A stretch of DNA of 58,409 nt from Minisyncoccota bacterium (lineage in GTDB: Bacteria > Patescibacteriota > Minisyncoccia > Phycocordibacterales > XYD1-FULL-46-19): assembly GCA_040879645.1 (NCBI GenBank), contig JBBDJY010000006.1, positions 33,831 through 92,239 of the forward strand, given 5' to 3'. The first letter of the stretch is position 1. Every line of letters starts with the position of its first letter. A program made the position numbers and the translations under genes. Shown here piece after piece: positions 1 to 9,584 of the stretch. The notes under the pieces were generated by a model. The model did not search any database. It was not told the DNA's origin and worked only from the letters and a program-made list of their open reading frames with translations.

Positions 1-55
1 CTCGCAAGGGCAATCTCTCGCTCGCCGACATCGGCACCAGCGAGGAGGAGCTCGC
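1..55 (+). repeat. 55-nt perfect direct repeat, copy 1 (copy 2 at 163-217), inside the partial CDS
   Basis: The string ctcgcaagggcaatctctcgctcgccgacatcggcaccagcgaggaggagctcgc is identical at both places. The offset is 162 nt (54 codons), so the peptide ARKGNLSLADIGTSEEEL is repeated in frame. Confidence 0.9.
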
Positions 56-242
56 GGAGCTTTGGGTCAAGGGCTGTACGACCAAGGCCCACAAGTGGCT
101 CGGTCACCTGCGCAACGGCACCGACCAGTACGACTCGTTCATCGGCTATGTTCGCGAGGAAGCTCGCAAGGGCAATCTCTCGCTCGCCGACATCGGCACC
201 AGCGAGGAGGAGCTCGCATCGTTCGCCAAGGTTCCGGCCTAA
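1..242 (+). CDS. hypothetical protein, C-terminal part (CDS enters from upstream of the window)
   Basis: Frame 3 is open from the window edge to TAA 240-242 (..RKGNLSLADIGTSEEELAELWVKG..SFAKVPA*). It is absent from the ORF track because it has no start codon in the window. A strong terminator follows. Confidence 0.5.
   Translation, partial: RKGNLSLADIGTSEEELAELWVKGCTTKAHKWLGHLRNGTDQYDSFIGYVREEARKGNLSLADIGTSEEELASFAKVPA
163..217 (+). repeat. 55-nt perfect direct repeat, copy 2
   Basis: See copy 1 at 1-55. Confidence 0.9.
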
Positions 243-268
243 CGTCGGTCGGGCCTCCTCTCCTGTCC

Positions 269-313
269 AGAGCCCCAAGTGGAATCTAATTCCACTTGGG
301 GCTCTCATTTTTT
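269..313 (+). terminator. rho-independent terminator
   Basis: 15-bp perfect stem AGAGCCCCAAGTGGA / TCCACTTGGGGCTCT with a 7-nt loop, followed by CATTTTTT. Confidence 0.8.
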
Positions 314-618
314 GTAAAATTGAATTTGTTTGCATAATCTTATATTCTTAATTCATTCAGGGTATTCGCTCCGAGAATTCTTGAATTTATTCGCCGTCAA
401 AGAAAAATTTGAAATTGTCAGCGGTGCGGCTCCGCCGCCTGCATTTTTGGCCGAGGTTCTGCAGCGCCGCAGGCGCAGTTGGTTCGCACTAATTCAAGTA
501 TCCTGCACCAAAACTTGCTTTTTGTGGATAATTCTTTTAGTCTGGTTCAGACCTTAAGTCCGATTTCGGGCTTAAATTGCACCTTCCCAAACAAGAGGAA
601 GAGAATAGGAGGATAGTG

Positions 619-1485
619 ATGTCTGATCGAAACTTCAGGCAAAGGCTGGAGGCCCAGTGGTCTCGTGGCAACTTTGTCTGTGTCGGACTCGATAGCGAGT
701 TTAGCAAGATTCCCAAAACGGCGCACCGTAGTGGTGATGGCTCGGGTTTGATTGAATCGGGCGTGAATATTTTCAACACCATTTACGCTTTCAATCGTGC
801 CATTGTCGAAGCGACAAAAGATTTGGTGTGTGCCTACAAGCCGAACATGGCGTTTTACGAGGCGATTGGCTATCGAGGAGGACTTGATGCTCTGCGGCTG
901 ACGATTGAATTTGTCCACCAGGTAGCACCGGATGTTCCGGTGATTCTCGATGCCAAGCGGGCGGATATCGGTAATACCAATACCGGTTACGTCCAGATGG
1001 CCTTTGATTGGCTCAAGGCTGACGCGATTACGGTCCATCCGTATCTCGGCGGCGAAGCGCTCCAGTCGTTTCTTGAGCGAACAGACAAAGGCATCATCGT
1101 GCTTTGTCGCACTTCCAATCCGGGCGCGGGCGAGTTTCAGGACTTGTCTGTGGACGGCGAATCTCTCTATCGTTTTGTCGCGCGTCGCGTGGCAAATGTC
1201 TGGAACAAGAACAACAACTGCGCGCTTGTCGTCGGTGCAACATATCCCGATGAACTCCGCCAAGTTCGCGGAATCGTCGGCGATATGCCGATTCTCATTC
1301 CGGGGATTGGCGCGCAAGGTGGTGATGTCGAGAAAACCGTAACGGCGGGTAAAGATAGTCGTGGTCGGGGGATGATCATCAATTCCTCGCGTGGCATTAT
1401 TTTTGCCTCGCCCGGTGCGGACTTCGCCGAAGCGGCTCGCCGCGAGACGGACAAACTTCGTAAACTCATCAACCAATACCGATAG
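619..1485 (+). CDS. pyrF: orotidine 5'-phosphate decarboxylase (type 2)
   Basis: Carries OMP decarboxylase signatures (VCVGLD, ILDAKRADIGNT, PGIGAQGG). I moved the start from the alternative codon at 577 to ATG 619, which sits behind a GGAGG site. Confidence 0.85.
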   Translation: MSDRNFRQRLEAQWSRGNFVCVGLDSEFSKIPKTAHRSGDGSGLIESGVNIFNTIYAFNRAIVEATKDLVCAYKPNMAFYEAIGYRGGLDALRLTIEFVHQVAPDVPVILDAKRADIGNTNTGYVQMAFDWLKADAITVHPYLGGEALQSFLERTDKGIIVLCRTSNPGAGEFQDLSVDGESLYRFVARRVANVWNKNNNCALVVGATYPDELRQVRGIVGDMPILIPGIGAQGGDVEKTVTAGKDSRGRGMIINSSRGIIFASPGADFAEAARRETDKLRKLINQYR

Positions 1486-1500
1486 AAAGGAGGTGAAATC

Positions 1501-2130
1501 ATGACTGAGCAAGAAGTTCTGCAAGTCCTTGGCGAAGTCGGAGCGGTGATCACTGATAGTCACATTGTTTACACCTCCGGCAAGCACGGTTCGGCTTACC
1601 TCAACAAGGATGCTCTCTATCCGCATACGGTGGAAACGTCCCGTCTTTGTCGGGTGCTGGCCGATCGGTTTGCGGCTGATTGTCCGCAGGTGGTTATCTC
1701 CCCGGCGATTGGCGGTGTCATTCTCTCGCAGTGGGTGGCACATCATCTTTCCCGGATTAATGGGCGCCAGATATTTGGTGTCTATGCCGAGAAGTCCGAA
1801 GATGGTGATACTTTTGTCATCAAGCGTGGTTACGACAAATTCATTGTCGGTAAAAAAGTCCTGGTGGTGGAAGATGTTCTCACCACCGGTGGCTCCGCCA
1901 AGAAAGTTGTCGAGGCCACGCGAGCTATCGGTGGCCATGTCGTCGGTCTTGGTGTCCTCTGCAACCGCGGAGGGATTACGCCGTCAGAGGTAGCGGATGT
2001 GCCGAAGCTTGACGCGCTTATTTCGATTACTCTCGACGCGTGGGCTGAGGACGATTGTCCGCTTTGCAAACGGCAAGTGCCGATCAACACGGATGTTGGC
2101 AAAGGGCGTGATTTTCTCGCTCGCCGGTAA
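1501..2130 (+). CDS. pyrE: orotate phosphoribosyltransferase
   Basis: Has the PRTase PRPP-binding motif VLVVEDVLTTGGS. It lies 15 nt downstream of pyrF and has a GGAGG ribosome-binding site. Confidence 0.85.
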   Translation: MTEQEVLQVLGEVGAVITDSHIVYTSGKHGSAYLNKDALYPHTVETSRLCRVLADRFAADCPQVVISPAIGGVILSQWVAHHLSRINGRQIFGVYAEKSEDGDTFVIKRGYDKFIVGKKVLVVEDVLTTGGSAKKVVEATRAIGGHVVGLGVLCNRGGITPSEVADVPKLDALISITLDAWAEDDCPLCKRQVPINTDVGKGRDFLARR

Positions 2131-2143
2131 AGGTAAATCCATC

Positions 2144-2185
2144 AAGGGTTCGTTGTCTTAAGGACGACGAACCCTTTTTCTTTTT
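2144..2185 (+). terminator. rho-independent terminator after pyrE
   Basis: Hairpin AAGGGTTCGTTGTC..GACGACGAACCCTT followed by TTTTCTTTTT. Confidence 0.8.
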
Positions 2186-2319
2186 CAACTAATTTAACCT
2201 ATTAATCGCAATTAATCCTGTAAGGACACCCTTGTTTGTTACTATATTTTTTTCTGGTAAAATTAGAATAGATAATGCTCATTGTTTTAGGATACTAACT
2301 TTGCAAACGGAGGATTGGT

Positions 2320-2901
2320 ATGGGAAACTTTGTCTTGATTGAGCCAACCATTACGAGTGTTGTCATTGTCATCATCGGCGGCTATCTGACATGGATCTTT
2401 GCTCGCGGTCTTTACGGCCATCCGTCTCCTCTCCTTGATCCTGGAATCATCCGGGGAGACAATGATTCGGAGATTGCCAAGGATCTCTTGCGGGAAGACG
2501 TGCGCAAGATTGAGAAAGAGATGATTGCGCTGACCGACACCGGTGTTGATTGGTTCTGGGGAGAAGTGGAGAGCGACCTGCAAACTCTTGTTCAGGAGAA
2601 GGGGGTCAAACTCACCTTCGTCGTCAGTGAGCCAGAGTTTAGTCGGTCCAGTCACACCACTCTGGATCGGCTGGCGCAGTTTGACGGTGTGACTGTCGTC
2701 AAACTTCCTCTCTCACCTGAAGTTGATCTTCGGATTATCGACGACAGGCATATTCATATCTCCTGTCACGGTATCGAAGATGAGACCACCCGTCTCTATT
2801 GGCGGAGTACCGGGAAAGGAGCGCCCGAGGCATGGCTCAATTTCTGGGGGAAGTATGTTTCAGATCGTTTGTCACGCCGCTACCTCTTCTCATGTGTGTA
2901 A
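2320..2901 (+). CDS. hypothetical membrane-anchored protein
   Basis: GGAGG-type RBS (acggaggattggtATG) and an N-terminal TM helix (SVVIVIIGGYLTWIF). No family recognised. Confidence 0.55.
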   Translation: MGNFVLIEPTITSVVIVIIGGYLTWIFARGLYGHPSPLLDPGIIRGDNDSEIAKDLLREDVRKIEKEMIALTDTGVDWFWGEVESDLQTLVQEKGVKLTFVVSEPEFSRSSHTTLDRLAQFDGVTVVKLPLSPEVDLRIIDDRHIHISCHGIEDETTRLYWRSTGKGAPEAWLNFWGKYVSDRLSRRYLFSCV

Positions 2902-2930
2902 GTGTGTGTGGGGGATAAAGGAGGACAACT

Positions 2931-3134
2931 ATGTTCTGGCCATTTTCCAAGTTGGTGAAAACCAGAAGCGAAACCCCGAAGGAGTGTCGTCAGAGTAGCG
3001 AACCGCCGCCTTACGATTATCCGCGCCATCGCTCGGAGATCTCTTTCGCTAGTTTTCCGCTACATCTTGTAGACCGACTGTCTCCACCAAATGATGTTCC
3101 GCCGAAGCGCGAAGATGATAATCAGACGCAATAG
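2931..3134 (+). CDS. small hypothetical protein
   Basis: Strong RBS (aaaggaggacaactATG) and a terminator follows. No family recognised. Confidence 0.45.
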   Translation: MFWPFSKLVKTRSETPKECRQSSEPPPYDYPRHRSEISFASFPLHLVDRLSPPNDVPPKREDDNQTQ

Positions 3135-3166
3135 TGTCTTGGTCAGCTTATCCGGTTCCCTCCGTA

Positions 3167-3200
3167 AGGGGTCTTGCCAGTGCAAGACCCCTTTTTTCTT
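3167..3200 (+). terminator. rho-independent terminator
   Basis: Stem GGGGTCTTGC / GCAAGACCCC followed by TTTTTTCTTT. Confidence 0.8.
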
Positions 3201-3303
3201 TACCGGTGTTTAGGTCTTGGGTCTTTGGTAGAGAGGGAAAATCGTGTTAGATTTAAATAAGCTAAAAGCTCCGAGGGCCTTTAGGTTGGTAGGAGACTTA
3301 ACA

Positions 3304-3507
3304 ATGGAAACAAAGTCGGTGAAATATGCCATTGGCATCCGGGTTATTTTTTCTTCTGCTCATGAAGAAAATTCTCGGTCCGGCCAAGAAGCGGAAGTGG
3401 TTGATTACGCTTTAACCTCTGACCCCTCCGGTCTTGGTCATATCATCAAATTTGCTGATGGTGATGAAATGACCGCCTATCCCGGGGAACTTACCCCAAT
3501 TAAATAG
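3304..3507 (+). CDS. small hypothetical protein
   Basis: The ORF 3244-3507 is open. I prefer ATG 3304 because it lies behind AGGAG. A terminator follows. Confidence 0.45.
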   Translation: METKSVKYAIGIRVIFSSAHEENSRSGQEAEVVDYALTSDPSGLGHIIKFADGDEMTAYPGELTPIK

Positions 3508-3509
3508 TC

Positions 3510-3543
3510 AGGCTCGATTTTAACAGATCGAGCCCTTGTTTTT
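3510..3543 (+). terminator. rho-independent terminator
   Basis: Stem GGCTCGAT / ATCGAGCC followed by CTTGTTTTT. Confidence 0.7.
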
Positions 3544-3560
3544 AGGGATTAATTTTGCTA

Positions 3561-3590
3561 TTGACAATTCTATACTATATGTTATATAAT
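3561..3590 (+). promoter_or_regulatory. sigma70-like promoter
   Basis: TTGACA (3561-3566), an 18-nt spacer, then TATAAT (3585-3590), upstream of the 3642 ORF. Confidence 0.55.
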
Positions 3591-3641
3591 AGCAGGTAGA
3601 TAAAAGGCATGGGGCCTTTTGACAACTGAAGGAGAAAGACC

Positions 3642-3920
3642 ATGAAAGCTCGTTGGTTAGCGCTTTTGGCGTTAGCACTGGCGTTGGTCGGGCTGTTTGC
3701 CTTGGCCAGTACCCGTCTGCCGAAGTCGGTCTTAACACCGATTCCGACTGAGACTGAAGAGGGCAAAAATACAGAAATGCCTTCGCCCACCTTACCGTCC
3801 TTGCTTGATTCACCGGAGTTCCGGGCGGATCAGGGAGAGGAAGATCCCGTCAACAAACGGCTCAAGGCATTGGGTTTTGCGCCGAAAGATCAGGTTCACC
3901 AAGTGTCAGCCAAGAGCTGA
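3642..3920 (+). CDS. secreted/membrane-anchored hypothetical protein
   Basis: GAAGGAG ribosome-binding site and a signal-peptide-like N-terminus (MKARWLALLALALALVGLFALAS). Confidence 0.55.
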   Translation: MKARWLALLALALALVGLFALASTRLPKSVLTPIPTETEEGKNTEMPSPTLPSLLDSPEFRADQGEEDPVNKRLKALGFAPKDQVHQVSAKS

Positions 3921-3935
3921 CGGAAGGAGAAAAAA

Positions 3936-4997
3936 ATGAAGAACTTGCTGTTGGCGGCCATCGCCGTCATGATTCTCTCGGCTTGCGCCGGGAGCGTGGC
4001 CGAGTCCCCGATATCGGCTGAAGAGTCGGCTCGGGCCTTTTTGGCCCACGGGCTGGAGGTGGATCACTTCCAAGGTGACTTCTCTTTCGTTCGGCTCTTG
4101 CCGGATGGACGTCGAGAAGTCCCCTACGGTCAGTTCCGCTTGGGAGCTGACTGGTGGGTGACCCGGCTGGATATCAATGGCCAATTAGTCATTGGGCCGG
4201 ACGATGAGCCGATGTCCGGCTTGCCAATCAATACCGAAGGCAGTGTCACGGAATTTCATCTGTGGCTTCATGCCTTAAATGGTAATGGGATGGTGATGAA
4301 ATTCGGTTCGTTTAGTGCCGAATTACTTCTCCCTGGCCAGGGGATTGAAGTGGAATTTGAGCCGGCTTCCAGTCGGCACTTCATTCCTTTCAATTCCTCG
4401 ACTGTGGACGGCCAGGATCTCGGTCTGCGTTTTGCCGGCCAAGATCATTGGTGGGGTTACAGTCCTCACCAGCAAGGGTTTGAAATTTGGCTTGCGGTCA
4501 TCACCGACCCCCGGTACGAAATTTTTGATGTTCGGACCGGAAGGGTTTTGTCCCGCGGAACTTTGGGTCAAGACCAAGACAAGTCCTCGACCATTTCCGC
4601 TCGCCATTTGGGTGGAGTCAGGCCGATTCTAGTCGGTGGGAGGGAAAATGAATTTTTGGCTCGCCAGAAATTCGACTCGGTTGTTTACCGGGATTCCGGC
4701 TGGTGGTCGGCGGCGGTTTACATGGCCGACCTGGAAGGTCGACCGACTCAGCTTAACGTCTGGGGCGGATTGACTACGACTGGCCGGATTGAAGTCCGGC
4801 AATGGACGGCCGTTGGTCAAATGCCTCTGATTATTGAGGCGACAAACAATCGCTTTGTCGATTGGGCTGGCCGGGTGATTTTGGATGAATTCTATGTCCA
4901 GATCCCGGCCGGATACGATCGGGTGGTCATCACCGTCATCGGCGAGACCGATGATGAGGGCTTTTACTTCGCTACTTATCGCAGCGGTAAGGGCTAA
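3936..4997 (+). CDS. putative lipoprotein, unknown function
   Basis: GGAAGGAG ribosome-binding site and a lipobox-like N-terminus (AVMILSAC). 353 aa, with a terminator following. Confidence 0.6.
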   Translation: MKNLLLAAIAVMILSACAGSVAESPISAEESARAFLAHGLEVDHFQGDFSFVRLLPDGRREVPYGQFRLGADWWVTRLDINGQLVIGPDDEPMSGLPINTEGSVTEFHLWLHALNGNGMVMKFGSFSAELLLPGQGIEVEFEPASSRHFIPFNSSTVDGQDLGLRFAGQDHWWGYSPHQQGFEIWLAVITDPRYEIFDVRTGRVLSRGTLGQDQDKSSTISARHLGGVRPILVGGRENEFLARQKFDSVVYRDSGWWSAAVYMADLEGRPTQLNVWGGLTTTGRIEVRQWTAVGQMPLIIEATNNRFVDWAGRVILDEFYVQIPAGYDRVVITVIGETDDEGFYFATYRSGKG

Positions 4998-5013
4998 TCC
5001 TTCAAAATATTTT

Positions 5014-5051
5014 GACCCCCGGATGCTTGTCATCCGGGGGTCTTTTGTTTT
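5014..5051 (+). terminator. rho-independent terminator
   Basis: 12-bp stem GACCCCCGGATG / CATCCGGGGGTC followed by TTTTGTTTTT. Confidence 0.85.
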
Positions 5052-5122
5052 TCTTATTTTAGCTAAATGGTTTACTTTTTCTCGGGTTTTTGCTAAAGTA
5101 GCAGGGTTAGATAAATAATCAT

Positions 5123-5281
5123 ATGTCTCAAGATCACTTAATAAAACTGGCTTGTAGTAGCTGTAAGCGCATTAATTATTGGAGCACGCGGAATAAGAAG
5201 CGGGTGGAAAATAAAATTGTGCTGAAAAAACATTGCAAATGGTGCAAGAAGCATGTTGAGCACAAAGAGCTTAAGAAGTAG
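5123..5281 (+). CDS. rpmG: 50S ribosomal protein L33
   Basis: 52-aa ORF below the track cutoff, translating to MSQDHLIKLACSSCKRINYWSTRNKKRVENKIVLKKHCKWCKKHVEHKELKK. It shows the two CxxC pairs and basic composition typical of L33, and tRNA-Trp lies immediately downstream, which is the classic rpmG neighbourhood. Confidence 0.85.
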   Translation: MSQDHLIKLACSSCKRINYWSTRNKKRVENKIVLKKHCKWCKKHVEHKELKK

Positions 5282-5372
5282 CCCCTTTGGCTTTTAATTT
5301 GAATTTATTAAACCGCCTTTAATCGGCGGTTTTGCCGTTGGTCAAAAAATGCTAAACTATCTTTGTTTATCC

Positions 5373-5444
5373 GGGTCCATCGGTTAAGTGGTAAACCACT
5401 GGTCTCCAAAACCAGGACTGCAGGTTCGAGTCCTGCTGGACCCG
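5373..5444 (+). tRNA. tRNA-Trp (anticodon CCA)
   Basis: Manual cloverleaf: acceptor GGGTCCA/TGGACCC, D stem GGTT/AACC, anticodon stem CTGGT/ACCAG with loop CTCCAAA, and T arm GCAGG-TTCGAGT-CCTGC. CCA is not encoded. Confidence 0.9.
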
Positions 5445-5532
5445 CAGGGGACAGAGTAAGCCAACTGCTTGGCTGGCATCAGGACGAGAAAGGCGCAGCC
5501 ATGTCGCGCTTGCAAAATTATATTTTATTGTT

Positions 5533-6093
5533 ATGAAAAAAGTCTACATTATCCACGGTTGGGGCGCCGAGCCACATCACGATTGGTTTCCTTGGTTAGC
5601 TGCTGAATTAAAAAAACTTGGCTATCAAGTAATCGTTCCCACTATGCCTGATACCGATGAGCCAGTAATTAGTCGGTGGGTGGAATCTTTAGCCGACATT
5701 GTTGGCCGACCCAATCACGAGACTTTTTTTGTTGGTCACAGTATTGGTGTACAAGCCATTTTGCGTTATTTGGAAACAATTAAGACACCGGTTGGTGGGG
5801 CGGTCTTTGTTGCCGGTTGGTTTAATTTAGACAACTTGGAAGATGAAGAAGCCGAAGATATTGCTCGACCGTGGCTTGAAACGCCAATTAATATGGAAAA
5901 AGTAAAAAAGAATTTACCTCGATCCAGTTTAATTATTTCTGATAATGATCCCTTTGGTTGTTTTGAAGAAAATAAACAAAAGTTTGCCGAGTTAGGTTCT
6001 AAAATTATTGTTTTGTCCGGAGCCGGGCATATTGGCAAAAGTGATGGTTTTACTAAATTACCGCCAGTTATTGATGAATTGGCCGGTTTTTAA
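5533..6093 (+). CDS. alpha/beta hydrolase, YdeN/RBBP9-like serine hydrolase
   Basis: N-terminal IIHGWG and nucleophile elbow GHSIG. The ~186-aa size is typical of the Ser_hydrolase family. Confidence 0.7.
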   Translation: MKKVYIIHGWGAEPHHDWFPWLAAELKKLGYQVIVPTMPDTDEPVISRWVESLADIVGRPNHETFFVGHSIGVQAILRYLETIKTPVGGAVFVAGWFNLDNLEDEEAEDIARPWLETPINMEKVKKNLPRSSLIISDNDPFGCFEENKQKFAELGSKIIVLSGAGHIGKSDGFTKLPPVIDELAGF

Positions 6094-6157
6094 AAGTCTC
6101 GGTGCTTGTCCACTACTTACGCTTATTCTTCATCGCCGATTAAGGTACAATTAAATA

Positions 6158-8635
6158 ATGATGAGTACTTTGGAAAAACCCTTAAACAATCGGTATCATC
6201 ACCCGGTTTTTTCAGCGAAGACTTCGGTCGGAAACCGTGATCCGATAAAACCAGCAGTAAAAGTTGAAACGAATAATTCTCCGGTCCAAGCGGTGAAAAC
6301 CGAAAAAAATAATTCCCCCCAACCACCGGTGGAAGTTGAAGCGGTGGCGGACAAAGAAAAAAAAGATTCGGAAATTTCCGAATTAATCGAATTATCTACC
6401 ATCGAACGGTCGGCTATTCCCGCCAAAGATTTAAATCGGGCCCGGGCCGCCATGACCAATGGTCAGACCGAAGAAAGTCAACCGATTGAAGCTGTTCCTG
6501 ATTCAGCTCATTTATTTACGGTGATTGAAAAACCGGCCGAGGAAATTGAAGACAAAATTACCTCGGCCGAAGCTGAAGATAACTCGACCGAACCACTCGA
6601 GCCGGTTCCGCTGAATACGGTTTCGTCCGAAGTGGGTAATTCCATTAATGAAAAAGGGGAGGAAGAACTGGATGATAATCAATCGGCCGACAGACCACCG
6701 TCGACCGAGTCACCGGTCAAAGAACCACTTGTTTCGGGCCCCCTCAATGAACGTCCGCCCGGCGAATCAGCCAAACAAGTTAAAGCTCTGCATGATGATG
6801 ACGGCAATATTATCGGCTACGAAAGAATCGGGGCCAAGTCGGCCGTGGCGATTGCCGGCGGAGTTGAAGCAAATGGTAAACCAAAAACTGATAAACGCCG
6901 AGAACAACGCTTATCAGACATTGATGCCGAAATGACGGAAATCCAAACGGCGATTGACAAATTGCAAGCTAAAGGCGAATCCGGTGACAGCCGACAAATG
7001 CTTTCGCTGACTAATCGACTGCAACAACTGGCTGATGTTCGAATTCTTTTGGTTAAGACGGAATCCGAATCCGGCTCGGCGATGAAGGCGGCACCGGCGG
7101 TTACTGAGTCGGAAGCGGTTCAAGTTAAAGAAGATCTTCCGCCGGCTCCGGCCGAAGCCGGAAAACAAGATATGGAGATAGCGGTGAACACTAAAAATAT
7201 TTATGAGAAAAAAGTCAGCGCCCAAGCCGAAAAATCATGGCCGCGAGTTAGGCGTCATATTTTCAGTTTTAGCGGTTTTGGTGTTTATGAATCTTCTTTA
7301 CCCGACAACACCGAACTCTACCAAAAACTAAAAGGACAAGTTATTGACCGCGTCAACTCGCCATTTTTTAAGGATTTACAGCCGACTGAACCATTAACTG
7401 AGCCGGTTGCCCAAATTCGTTCCGAATTAATTGATATTCAGGAACGATATCAATTACCACTGGAAGATATCTTTGAACATTTTGAATTGATGGTTATTGA
7501 CATCGTCGGCCAAACGGCGCTTAAAGCTAAAGAGGAGGCGGATAAAGATATTAAGGAAGCCATCGTTAAATTGCATGAACAATTAAAAGAAAACCAGGCG
7601 ACCGGCGCTGAACAAACTTTTGCCCAATTACGAGATTTTGAAACCGAATTATCCACCAACGTCAATCAGCGGCGGTTGGCTACTATCCAAGGGGTCGTGG
7701 TCGCTTACGACAATGTTTTGCGTCGGAGTTTAGATCTGGTTCGTTTTCGACGTCGAGTGACCGCCGGTTTGGAATTAGCTTTGGCTGAAGTTAATATTGG
7801 TGTTGTTAATACCGCTATCGCCGGCGAAGGCGGAATTTTAGGTTTGCGCGTTGCTGATCAAGTTTTGGGTAATATTTTAGGCGGGGTTATCGCCGAATTA
7901 CCTGACATTAAACAAGCGGCTAAAGACGGCGTGTCCGCCGAATCATTTTCTATCCGCCACCGGCCGGCTGAGTCGGAAGATTCTTTGGTTGATAACTTTA
8001 CTTTACCCGGTGAGACCGCTAACTGGCTGGCCGGTCAACCACTGTCGGTCAAGCGAGACCTGGCTTTATTTAAAGAAAATGTTTGGCAGACAGTCAAAGG
8101 TTTTCTCAAATTACATCAAGTTAATGATCCGAGTATGGACGAGATTAAATCGGCGGTGCTGGCGGTGGTGACCGCTAATAATTTTACCGTTACCGAAACC
8201 GTTTTCCGGCCAAGTCGGGTTTTGGATTTGACGCCAGCTCAAGAGAAAAGAGCGTCGGCCAAAATTTCCCCCGAGATTATCAGTCAATTATTTGTTGAGG
8301 CTAAAGACGAATCAGCCGAGAACAAACTATCAGCCGAAACCATTGCTTCGCATCTGGCCACCTCGCCGATGAATGAAGAATTAAAAACCGAAATCTTAAA
8401 GCAATTAAAATCAATGTCGGTCCCGGCCCTTAATCGTCTGGCGACGGCTTTGCTGGCGGAAAGCGAATTTTTGAATAATCTGGATTATTCTTTGGCTTAT
8501 TACGACGATTGGCAACAAGCCGAATGGGATAAGCTGTTACTTGATCAGAAAAAAATGATTGATGATTTGTCTCAAGAAGAATTGGCGGAATTAAATCGTC
8601 GGCGTTTAGTTGATGAGCACAAATTTAATCGTTAA
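6158..8635 (+). CDS. large acidic hypothetical protein (825 aa)
   Basis: Long uninterrupted ORF. The N-terminal half is low-complexity and rich in E, P, K and S; the C-terminal half looks helical. No motif recognised. Confidence 0.6.
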   Translation: MMSTLEKPLNNRYHHPVFSAKTSVGNRDPIKPAVKVETNNSPVQAVKTEKNNSPQPPVEVEAVADKEKKDSEISELIELSTIERSAIPAKDLNRARAAMTNGQTEESQPIEAVPDSAHLFTVIEKPAEEIEDKITSAEAEDNSTEPLEPVPLNTVSSEVGNSINEKGEEELDDNQSADRPPSTESPVKEPLVSGPLNERPPGESAKQVKALHDDDGNIIGYERIGAKSAVAIAGGVEANGKPKTDKRREQRLSDIDAEMTEIQTAIDKLQAKGESGDSRQMLSLTNRLQQLADVRILLVKTESESGSAMKAAPAVTESEAVQVKEDLPPAPAEAGKQDMEIAVNTKNIYEKKVSAQAEKSWPRVRRHIFSFSGFGVYESSLPDNTELYQKLKGQVIDRVNSPFFKDLQPTEPLTEPVAQIRSELIDIQERYQLPLEDIFEHFELMVIDIVGQTALKAKEEADKDIKEAIVKLHEQLKENQATGAEQTFAQLRDFETELSTNVNQRRLATIQGVVVAYDNVLRRSLDLVRFRRRVTAGLELALAEVNIGVVNTAIAGEGGILGLRVADQVLGNILGGVIAELPDIKQAAKDGVSAESFSIRHRPAESEDSLVDNFTLPGETANWLAGQPLSVKRDLALFKENVWQTVKGFLKLHQVNDPSMDEIKSAVLAVVTANNFTVTETVFRPSRVLDLTPAQEKRASAKISPEIISQLFVEAKDESAENKLSAETIASHLATSPMNEELKTEILKQLKSMSVPALNRLATALLAESEFLNNLDYSLAYYDDWQQAEWDKLLLDQKKMIDDLSQEELAELNRRRLVDEHKFNR

Positions 8636-9518
8636 GCCAATCAGTGACCAGTAAATCAGCCTGTTTGAATTGATTAAGCCAATTAATCTGCTTTTCGCGT
8701 TTGAACCAGGTCATTTGCCGTTTGGCGTATTTAATGATGGCTTGTTCCAGAGTGACAGTCATTTTTTCTTTACTTAATTGCCCGCGGAGATGGAGACTGA
8801 CATAGCGATATTCCAAACCGAGGTCATATAATCGTCGCCAACTCACGCCTTGGGCTTGCAAGCGACGGACTTCGGCGATTAAGCCGCGGGCCAGTCGGCG
8901 TTTTAACCGGTCTTTTATTTTTTGGGCCAAAATTTCTTTTGGTACTAACAAACCGAGCCACAAAACATCATATTGGCGACGGTTGGTTTTTTTTCGTGGC
9001 ACGGTTCCCAATTGTCGGCAAATTTCAATCGCGCGGATCAGGCGGGGACGATTATGGCAGTCAATTGCTTTGGCTCGAATCGGGTCCAGCTTCTTTAATT
9101 CGGCAAACAGTTCCATTGTCTCTTGTTTAGCCAATTGTACTCGCAGTTTTTTATCCGGTGGCACCGGTGGTAAACTTTCCGTTGCTAATAAAGTCTCAAA
9201 CCAAAAACCGGTACCACCGGCGATAATCGGGATTTTGCCTCGCTTGCTAATATCTTCAATCGCTTTTTTTGCTTGTCGTTTAAAATCGTCGGCGGTAAAA
9301 ACGGCTGACGGCCGGGCGACATCCAGTAAATGGTGACGGATACCGGCCATTTCTTTTTTAGTTACTTTACCGGAACCGATATCCAGACCGCGATAGACTT
9401 GGCGGGAGTCGGCGGAGATAACTTCACCGCCGATTTGTTTGGCTAATTGGACGGCCAAATCGCTTTTACCTGAAGAGGTCGGGCCGACGATGGCGATAAT
9501 TTTTTGTTGGCGGTTCAT
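8625..9518 (-). CDS. miaA: tRNA dimethylallyltransferase
   Basis: P-loop GPTSSGKS followed by ISADSRQVYRGLDIGSGK, over the full family length. Confidence 0.9.
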   Translation of the reverse strand: MNRQQKIIAIVGPTSSGKSDLAVQLAKQIGGEVISADSRQVYRGLDIGSGKVTKKEMAGIRHHLLDVARPSAVFTADDFKRQAKKAIEDISKRGKIPIIAGGTGFWFETLLATESLPPVPPDKKLRVQLAKQETMELFAELKKLDPIRAKAIDCHNRPRLIRAIEICRQLGTVPRKKTNRRQYDVLWLGLLVPKEILAQKIKDRLKRRLARGLIAEVRRLQAQGVSWRRLYDLGLEYRYVSLHLRGQLSKEKMTVTLEQAIIKYAKRQMTWFKREKQINWLNQFKQADLLVTDWLND

Positions 9519-9584
9519 CGTGGTTAGTCTAATGAAAAAAGTTGGTAAAAGAAAGCCCCGCCAGAAAGCGGAGCTTTAGAGTTG

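Noticed and set aside
547-1938. 463-aa minus-strand ORF covering pyrF and pyrE.
   Set aside because: It is antisense to two genes with clear enzyme motifs, RBS sites and a terminator. Its Arg/Gly-rich composition is typical of the reverse frame of GC-rich genes, and it has no start context.
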